Notes under the pieces: generated by a model
Databases searched by the model: none
Seen by the model: only the letters and a program-made list of their open reading frames with translations
Told to the model about the DNA's origin: nothing
Source: Eledone cirrhosa
Taxonomy: Eukaryota
Direction: 5' to 3'
Length of the DNA stretch: 64,000 nucleotides
NCBI GenBank assembly: GCA_964016885.1
Contig: OZ024744.1
Span: 61,566,001 to 61,630,000, forward strand
In this document: in pieces, positions 55,140-64,000 of the stretch
How the letters are laid out: the number at the start of each line of letters is the position of its first letter
Numbering within the stretch: the stretch's first letter is position 1
Program-made: the position numbers and the translations under genes

Positions 55140-55432
55140 GCTTCAGCTTCAGCCTGTGTCCATGGTAGGGCGGGTCTTCTCTATTACTGCATAACACCAG
55201 AGATCCCAGTCCTGTGTCATTGTCTTGCAATTGAGCAAGGTTAGCTTTTATCACCTCATCCCAAGTTTTCCTGGGTCTCCCCACTCCAAGGCTTCCATTG
55301 ACTTTCAGCGCTCTGCACCTTTTTATACAGCTGTCATCCTTCATACACATCACATGTCAATACCAACGTAGTCTCCTCTCCTGCACGTTGCATCCAATTC
55401 CTCTTATGCCTAGTTTCTCTCTCAGTTCATTT
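55140..55432 (-). mobile_element. RTE LINE 3' fragment
   Basis: MKDDSCIKRCRAL...GVGRPRKTWDEVIKANL. Confidence 0.8.
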
Positions 55433-56199
55433 ATTTATGTATATAATTCTCTAAGTGGTATTTTTAGCTATCATTTATTGAGATTTTCAGTAAATCAATG
55501 AAAATTAACTTTCTGATTGATATAGATATATGTATGTGTGTGTTGGGGGTGTTTGTTTGTGTGTCTCTTTGTTTATGACCCATAACTTAGTGGTTTGACA
55601 AAAAGAGATCAATAAAATAAGTACCAGACTTGAGAAAAATGTACTGGGGTCAATATGGGTGACTTCATTCCTTCATGGAAAGTCCTCAACATAACCACAC
55701 TCTAATGACTGAAACCAGCAAAAGAGTAAAAGACTAATGCTATGATTAACTTGAAAGATAATTTATTCCTCTTTTATTGGAACATTGACCAGTTTTTTTT
55801 TAAAGATTCAATTTTTGAAGCTATGCCTATGCCTTTCTTGTAGATAATATAGCAGAACTTTTCTTTTTTTTTTTATCAAAGATGTAATGGCAGTGCCCCA
55901 GCATAGCCTCAGCCAATCAACTGGGACAGATAAATGAGTAAAGATATGATATTAGTATCCCTTATCCCTTAAAATTCAGTAATGTGTCTTTTAGAGGTGT
56001 GCACTCTAGTTGATGCTAATTGTAGTACCAACCCGTACCTGCCCACAATGATATTGGCATAATTAAATGTCTCCAGATTGACACAGGTATGCAAAATGTG
56101 AATAAGGGAAACAATTTTCTTCTTTTTTTAAAAAATCCAGTCACCTCTATTGGAATGTAGACGTAGACAAACACACGACAGGCACCCATCTACCATATT

Positions 56200-56740
56200 T
56201 TACTGGAGTTCCACTGAAGCAGATGGAGAAGTTCAAGTATCTTGAGGCCGCGTTCATCAGTGATGGAAGGCAGGAGGCTGAATTAAGGGCAAAAATTGCG
56301 AAAGCTGGTGCAGTAATGCGCTTCAGCATTCAGTAAAAGCCAAACTCACTATTTTCAATTCGGTTTTCGTGCCAACCCTCACCTATAGTCAAGAATCTTG
56401 GATAATGACCAAAAGAATACGATTGCAAATATAAATGACTGAAATGGGATTCCTCCGAAAGGTCTTTGGAATAACATTACTCGATAAAGTGTGTAACTTG
56501 GAGATCAGAGAGTCGCTCCAAGTAGAGATGCTACTTCTCCGAATTGAGAGATCACAGCTCCAATACTATGGGCATGTGGTTAGAATGTATCAGGAAAGAA
56601 TCGCTGGACAGATTTTACGGTAAAAACCAACCAGTAGGAGACCTAGAGCAAGATGGTTGGATAACATCCATGAGTTTGGTTGGTCATGCTTGGATATCCA
56701 GCTAGATCAATTGGAGATGGTTGCTTCTGACACGACTCTC
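56200..56740 (+). mobile_element. RTE LINE 3' fragment (second family)
   Basis: LKQMEKFKYL, PTLTYSQESW, EMGFLRKV and QLQYYGHVVRM motifs. Confidence 0.8.
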
Positions 56741-57949
56741 CCAGGAATAATGATTTCTACTATAGGCACAAGGCCTACAATTTTTGGGAGTGAGGGGAAA
56801 GTTGATTAAATCAACTGCAGTGTATTACTGGTACTTTATTTTATTGATCCTATAAGGATGAAAGGCAAAGCTAACCTCGGCAGAATTTGAACTCAGGACA
56901 TATCGGGCCATAACTCTATGCTGCAAAGCATGGAGTTCGACGCTCTACAGATACCACCAATTCACCGCCCCACTGAGAGCTGTTCCCAAATAACTGGACC
57001 CAGGGCATCATCCTCCCCATCCACCTGGAAATAGAAGGGCGACAAACTTGTCTGTAGCAACTACATGGGCATCACCTACCTCTCCATCAAAAGTAACCTC
57101 TTCATCAAGATCCTTCTCAGCTGTGCTCTTCCCGTCATTAGAAGTAGAAAATATAGGCTTAGTAATTTTCTTAGTGGCCTCAAAGCAAGAAGTACCGAAA
57201 ACTAAGTTTGTCAATTTACCAAACTGTAAGTTGAAATTATAATATTTCGGAGAATAGGGCATGTAACTTGGAGAAAAAGGCATACATTATAAAGCTAGCC
57301 TGAGGTGGTAAATACTCCAGTGTCAGGTCCGTCATTAGATGTACAATACCTGTAATTCAAAGAGTCAGTCATGTCATAGTGTCATACTGAATCTACCTAA
57401 GAATTACATTAAAGGTACACATGTCTGTGGAATGCTCAACCCCATTATATTTTAATTTCACAAGCAGACTGTACCATTGATCAAACAACTGGAACAGTCA
57501 TCGTTGAAACTGACAGAGGTTCATTCCAGTTAGAGTCTGTTGTGAGTTTTTAAATTGATATTAATTGATGGCAAACTGGCAGAGTTGTTAGGGCGTTGGA
57601 TTAAATTCTCTACAGTATTTATTCTGGCTCTCTGTACTTTGAGTTCAAATCCTGTTGAGGCTGACTTCATATCGTATCCTTCCATTATTAAAATAAAGCA
57701 CCAGTATAGGGGCAATAGATTGTTGAAATTGTTAGTGGAGATGCTTTGTGGTATCTGTTCCAGCTGTGTCTGTTCAGAATTCAAATTCTGCCAAAAGATT
57801 AAAATTCAGCTGATGGGCAGGACTAGTCACTCAACCACGACCACAGCAATAATAGCTGCAATGGATAGAGGAAAATTGTGGCTGTCTGTTACAGTAGTGG
57901 AACAATGATGGTGTTGATCATGTCACACACAGGATCACAACTGATTAAC

Positions 57950-58839
57950 GTCGGTAACCTCTGGCCGCGTCCTCGTCAGCAGGGTTCTTCAAAACACAAC
58001 AGAACCCTCTGTGTTCAGAGAACGTGAGGCTGCCTGTGAGACGTGGGACCGGCTGGGAACGGCCCAATAGACGTCCATCCTCCATCTCCCCCTGTTGACG
58101 TCAAGTCCCCCCCAAAGCTCTTGGGATGCCATCCAGTGCAGCCTGGCCTCAGACAGGCTCTCGCGCCAGCCGGACCAGCACCGCCTTGCTTGTTTTCGTG
58201 CGGCCTCCAAACCCCACAGTGGTGCCTGGCTCCATGCCCTGCCCTCCTTCTCCACTGGCACGCAGCTAGACAACCATAGCCTGCGCATCAGCGTTTCCCT
58301 GAGGCTCGGCCTCCGGATCTACCAGCCACACCAATGTCGCTGCGGTTCCACTGTGGACTCTTTCGGCCATCACCAGCTTTCCTGTCGCCACAGTACCGGC
58401 CGCATTCTACACCATGCTGCCCTCAATGAGGTCATTAAGCATGGCTTGGATGCTGCAGGCTTCCCGTTCGGCGGTGGCAAACTCCTCATCAGGGATGCCA
58501 CTTGCACCGACACTTTCTGCAGCCGCAACCTGGTGCAGACTGCGACTGACCCAGGTTCTGCTGCACGTTGGGCTGAGGGGGGCCAAACTCCTCAAATACC
58601 GGTCGCTCTCCGACAGGTTTGCGGTCGTACCCCTGGCAGTGGAGACTTCTGGTGTCCTCGGCCCCAGGGCTACCTCCTTACTCACCACCATAGGCGCTGA
58701 GCTGGCCAGCCGCAGGTGTGAGCCCCGCGAGTTGGAGTGGCTTTTCCAGCGCGTCTCCCTTGCCATCCTCCGTGGAAACGCCTTCTCCATTCTGTCCGCC
58801 GGGGCTCTGGGTGGGCCCAATCGCGTACCAATACATTAG
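57950..58839 (+). mobile_element. CRE-clade non-LTR retrotransposon 3' fragment (zinc knuckle and restriction-like endonuclease)
   Basis: SGAWLHALP, LRLG, CRCG..D.FGHH.LSC, DATC, KYR, PLAVETSG.LG and FQRVSLAILRGNA motifs; GC-rich island; internal deletion and frameshift. A second 3' piece lies at ~61410-61520. Confidence 0.88.
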
Positions 58840-58952
58840 TTAAATACCATTATTTCATCTGATATAACACCACTAACTATCGTTAGCAATTATTACATAT
58901 AAGAATATTTATGTTTATATATATATTAATTCAAAATATTAATAAATACTGA

Positions 58953-59158
58953 TTAACCCTTTAACATTTAAACCGGCCAGAGTTCTCTCACTTCTTTCTG
59001 TTCAAACCAGCTGTAACTGGCTGCACATACTGATGTTAAGGTATGGTTTTCAAAATAAATAATATTAAAATCTGTAGATTTGATATTATGTAAGCTAATT
59101 ATTTGAGGTAAAGCCTTTACCATGTAAATATAGAGTAATGTAAATGCTAAGGTGTTAA
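58953..59158. mobile_element. TTAA-flanked MITE (second family)
   Basis: TTAA-CCCTTTAACATTTA ... TAAATGCTAAGGTG-TTAA. Confidence 0.6.
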
Positions 59159-60085
59159 GAAGGTGGCAATGGGTGGAGAACGATTGTGGCTATCTGCTAT
59201 TGAAGTGTAATGCACTCATATGCAGAGAGACAGACAGTTATGCATACACCTTCTGGACCACAACTGATTATGAAAGGTACAATGGGATGAAGTAAGATTA
59301 TGGTTATCTGCTATTGCAGTTGAACAATGATCTATGACTAGATTTAATTATTTAGTTGTTTATTGACAGTGACTTGTTGCTATTTAGCCCCAGGTCAACC
59401 CAGAGTAAGGGAACTTGCGATCTAAAGCGTTCTGGCCATCACTAATCTATTTTATCGGGGTATGAAGGAGTAATTACATTCTTCGATGTGTCCTTTCATT
59501 ACTTAAGTAAGGTATCATCTGAGAGGATTTGGTTTCTATTTCTAGCAAATCAGGCGACAAAGTAGAGGCTCCGATGTTGACTCAACATTAGACAAGTTGT
59601 TTTATATTTTAATTTTAGTATTAATGAATAAATTATTTATAGTCACACGTGAGAATGTAGTGACAGGGCCATCACTACCATTAAGACCAAATTAGGCAGC
59701 TGACTAGATCACAGGCATCAGACGCACTTTACTGAACCTTAAAGGATCACAATTTTATACAATCTTTTTTACAATGAAATCAAATATATAATCATTTCCT
59801 GTGATCAATAAATAAATGCCTAAACATCTTTGCCATATAACGGTTGCAGAAATAGCAAAAGTGGGGAAGAGGTTCGAATGGTGTTATGACCTATGACATG
59901 ATTTGGCGTAATGTGTGATCGAAAATGCAAAGCTTAGTAATTTTCTTATTGTGGTCAGAGCAAGAAGTATAATATATATATATATATAGTGGTGGAACAC
60001 TGGAAGGTAATATCCGTGGTGGTAGAGCACTCAGTCCAAGGGACGAGTTAGGTAGAAGTGGTTACACAACAGTTAGTTCACCATA

Positions 60086-60125
60086 CCGAGAACAATTGTT
60101 TCACCTTCACGGATCTTCAGCTCGG
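60086..60125 (-). ncRNA. Minimal 40-nt type I hammerhead motif
   Basis: Minus strand: CCGAG-CTGAAGA-TCC-GTGAA-GGT-GAAA-CAATTG-TT-CTCGG; palindromic helix III; U.U at the base of helix II. Confidence 0.7.
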
Positions 60126-62246
60126 GATATATATATATATATGTATATAAATGAAAGGTATATATATATATAAAGATTTGTCAGCCTGCTAAACTCTTAA
60201 GTTGGAATTAATTTATTTGGGAGAATGGGCGCTTAATTAGGAGAAAGGAGATCACATTGTATGGGGCTAGTCTAGGGTACTTAATACTCAGTCGCTGGCC
60301 CTGTATAGCGACAGGCTCATTTTAAAATCATGTTGCAGTATACAAAGCTGTAGAATCATTATTTAAATTCAGAATGATTATTCGTGACATTACACACTCT
60401 TTATTTTCATTGCTTAATCATCATTTCTCCTATAGTAAAGGGTATTCCCTGATTTAAATGCTTCAGTCAGCTGCAAAATAAGTTGTTGTTTATTTATGAT
60501 AGAAACAAATTTTATTTACAAAAATATTTCGCAAAATAAAGAGGAAGAAAGAAAAAAATTAAACAATGAAAAGGGCAAAGAGGGTGTACAAACTCTACAT
60601 CCCTGTCTTAGGCGGTATATCTCAGCTGTTCCCTGCGGACAAGATGGCGAAAGCGTTGCAGCGGAGAACAGGCAACAATACCTGCTGTATCAGCCACTCT
60701 ACTTCAAGGGCTCTTTCCTCAACCGGTATTTGTGAACGTAGTAAATAGTTAAGTCATTTTGTTCTCGGAAGGCTGTAACGCTAAAATAAATAGTTTAATC
60801 CCATTCTCTACCAACAATAAATTAAAATATAACTCGTTTCTTAAAGAAGCTTCTAGATGGTCACAATGCAAGCTAGAAACCCCTTTTAACAGCAACTCAC
60901 ACGAATGTTCAAATTTGACTGAAATCTCATTATTACATGCTAGATAACATTAGATTTGAGTATTTATAAATATTTATCTTTTGTTATTAAGTTGAAAGTT
61001 ATTTTAATAAACCTCTCACAATCCTCCATTATTTTGATAATTAAAACACAAATGTATAGTCTTGTTAGAAATATAGTCACAAAAAGGGTTCAGAATGGGA
61101 AAATAACGTTATTTCGATTTTTTTAAAAGTTACGATTACACTTATAAATCATTGTTGATCATTTGTTTCTGGCCGTTTCCCTTAAATAAATGCATTCTTT
61201 GTAACTTAAGAGGTCCTGTTTGACATTCACCGATAAATTTTAAAGTATTCATTACTTTAAGAATGTTTCGTAAGTCTAACTTGACAAAAGTTTTATTTTG
61301 GTATCCACTTCCTAGTTATTAAACTTAGATTATTTCTACTTAGATATGTTCTATCCTTATGAAAGTAGAATGGTAGATTTATTTAACTGTTCACAGTTGT
61401 TCACCTGGCTACTCGAAAGATTGAGCCCCGCGAGTTGGCGTGGCTGTTCTAGTGCGTCACCCTCTCCATCCTTAAGGGTAACGACTTTTCCATTTCTGTC
61501 CACTGGTACCCCGAGGCGGACGAACCCTTAAACTTAAATAAAATATATATGGTGGATTGGCAGTATCGGTAGAGGGTCGGACGCCATGCTTTCCAGCATA
61601 GTTACGTCCCTTTATGATCTGAGTTCAAATCCCGCCGAGGTTGACTTTGCCTTTCATCCTTACAGGGTCGATAAAATAAAGTACCAGTAATGCACTGGGT
61701 AATTGCTGGCCTTGTGCCTAAAGTAGAAACAATTATATTAAATACCTAAAATTACTCTTCCACGATATAAGACACCCCATTAATAATTGTTTCTACTTTT
61801 GGCACAAGGCCAGCAATTACCAGTGCATTACTGGTACTTTATTTTATCGACCCCATAAGGATGAAAGGCAAAGTTAACCTCGGCGGGATTTGAACTCAGA
61901 TCATAATAATTTCTAATAGTTTGTAGATTTATTTAACATTTCAAAACCGTTTTAATATTACAGTCATTTTACCTCGTTAGTTTTATACATGTAGTTGCGT
62001 TGCAGCTATATACAACATATAAGATGGTGAACTGGGATGTAAGCTTGTATTAATATTTCGTTCACGTGGATGTTGTCGTCATCAAAACTATCGATCATCC
62101 GACACAATGATGACCCACCACTTCTGATGTCAAACATACTTAAAAGATTGCGTCATCTTATAAGCATGCCGCCTGTAATAACACTGCTACTGATGTTACT
62201 TGCTGCAGTAGTAATATCAGTAGTAGTGAAACTACACCGTTCATTT

Positions 62247-62605
62247 CTCTCTACTCTGTACTCTTTATAGTATCAGGATTAAATTAGTTTCTTTCTCTAT
62301 CCTACGTGTACTCTTTACAGTATTATAGTTGAATTAGTTTCTTTCTCTATCTTCTCTGTACTCTTTACAGTATTATAGTTTATTTCTCTATCTACTCTGT
62401 ACTCTTTACAGTATCATGATTAAATTAGTTTCTTTCTCTATCCTACGTGTACTCTTTACAGTATTATAGTTGAATTAGCTTCTCTCTTTATCTTATGTGT
62501 ACTCTTTACAGTATTATAGATGAATTGGCTTCTTTTTTATGTTCTGTACTCTTTATAGTATCAGGGTTGAATTAGTTTCTCTCTATCTTCTGTACTCTTT
62601 ATAGT
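62247..62605. repeat. Minisatellite, ~40-50-bp unit, about 8 copies
   Basis: Recurring TGTACTCTTTACAGTATTATAGTTGAATTAGTTTCTTTCTCTATC. Confidence 0.9.
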
Positions 62606-63066
62606 AGCAGAGCAGTCTTCGCATGAATTACATCTCTTGTACACCTATTTATCTTTCTTTCCTTCATTTTTATGTAGATTTAATATTTTAGTTTAAAGTG
62701 ACACACTAAAGCTAAGCTGCTAAATATAAAATTCTGACTATTTCAGTTGATTAAGGATTAAAATATATATATTTGGATACACGTTTTTGAAATACATAGT
62801 AATTGAGTATTTTTTTTTAACTGTTTAGTATCAATCATACCCATTTGAGCTGTATGATGTTACTAATCTTTCATTTAAGTTTTGAATTCTGAGACCGATT
62901 TTTAGGGGTAAATTTCAAGCACTTTCTGAAGCATGAAATATCACTATTCCTTTGTTTTAAAGGACTTAATTTGACAACATAGTTAACAGCATTCAACTAT
63001 CTTCTTTATCTTCATAATCTAACAGTAATTGTAGATATTGTTTTTAAATGCCTAATCCAACCAGAC

Positions 63067-63317
63067 CAGTGGGTTCCAACCCAGAGTCCATAAAGGTTGC
63101 ACTGGACGCCTGTGAACTACGTCCAAAATTTCAAGTACTTGCTATAAACATAATATACACACATTGAGTATCGCTTCTCCTCTAATTAAGAATCAATATT
63201 TCTTTTTCTAATGTTGTTATCACTGTATAATAATATGAGATGGGATTAAATGTGAAGTGGTGAAAAAATCACTTAAATGAAAGGGATCATTGGCAGAGAA
63301 AAGGTTGGGAACCACTG
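63067..63317. mobile_element. hAT-type MITE
   Basis: TIRs CAGTGGGTTCCAACC and GGTTGGGAACCACTG; TSD degenerate. Confidence 0.65.
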
Positions 63318-64000
63318 ACCTAGTCCAACTAGTTTTCTTTTCTTTTGTTTTTTTAATGCCTAGTTCAACAATTCTTCCTGTTGTTTATATTTATAACGTA
63401 GCTTATATCCAAAAAAGTATTTTAAATGTTTGCATGATATAATTACTCGAACCTATGATAATATCTAGAATATCCCTCTAATTAGTTACTAAAATAATTG
63501 CATCGCTTTTATTTATAAAGTTTATTAACTCGGGTAAAAATATATTTAGAAGAACACTTCCAAACAATATGTCCGGCGTCACACGTATGTTAACGCGTGT
63601 GGCAATTTTATGTATCGATGCATTCTGGGATTTAAAAAAATTAATTTCTATCGATTTGATTCTTTTCTAAATGACATTCATTATATATATTGTTTATATG
63701 TAGATGTAAAAATAAACAATTCTGTGTTATATCAGTGTTTCATGTCCTCAGCAGACAAATTTGCGAATGGCGAAATGAGACATTCCATCTCGCAGTCGTC
63801 ATTCGCACGGATGCCTACCTATCTCAAGGTGGTCTAGGAACAAAGAACACCACTGCTATGGGCTTGACAGGAAACATACAGGAGAGCAACCAGTATTTTG
63901 TCAGCGTACGATCCTCAGCTTGTCGAATGGGGACGAGTCGAAGCATGGATGTAACTGTGATTTCATTAGGTTGCCGTCAGAAAAATATTGCTGCAGATTG

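Noticed and set aside
57008-57283. 91-aa minus-strand ORF (and the 65-aa ORF at 1031-1228)
   Set aside because: No recognisable family or splice support; probably decayed repeat sequence.
60560-60750. Possible third CRE 3' end (ALQRRTGN..C)
   Set aside because: Resemblance too short and weak to support.
62247-62605. CRISPR-like array
   Set aside because: Eukaryotic context, the spacers are related to each other, and there are no cas genes.

Overview
AT-rich, microsatellite- and transposon-dense animal genomic DNA. The SINE/RTE repeat families and (TA)n load suggest an octopus-like cephalopod (inference). The only host protein-coding gene I can support is a four-exon Fos-family bZIP gene on the minus strand (32923-32750, 31366-30992, 17836-17696, 14794-14285; all introns phase 0, GT-AG; 399 aa). 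It has an immediate-early-type promoter (TATA, MEF2, CArG-like, CRE, three AP-1 sites). The rest is mobile-element debris: CR1, RTE and CRE LINE fragments, two tRNA-derived SINE families, Helitrons, piggyBac/Tc1/hAT-type MITEs and Penelope-like (GIY-YIG) remnants. Two things stand out. First, a near-perfect ~675-bp fold-back palindrome downstream of the Fos stop codon would pair over the putative AU-rich elements. Second, about eight type I hammerhead-ribozyme motifs occur, four within 2.5 kb, most in short ORF-less modules with inverted ends. All calls were made by eye; repeat boundaries are approximate.
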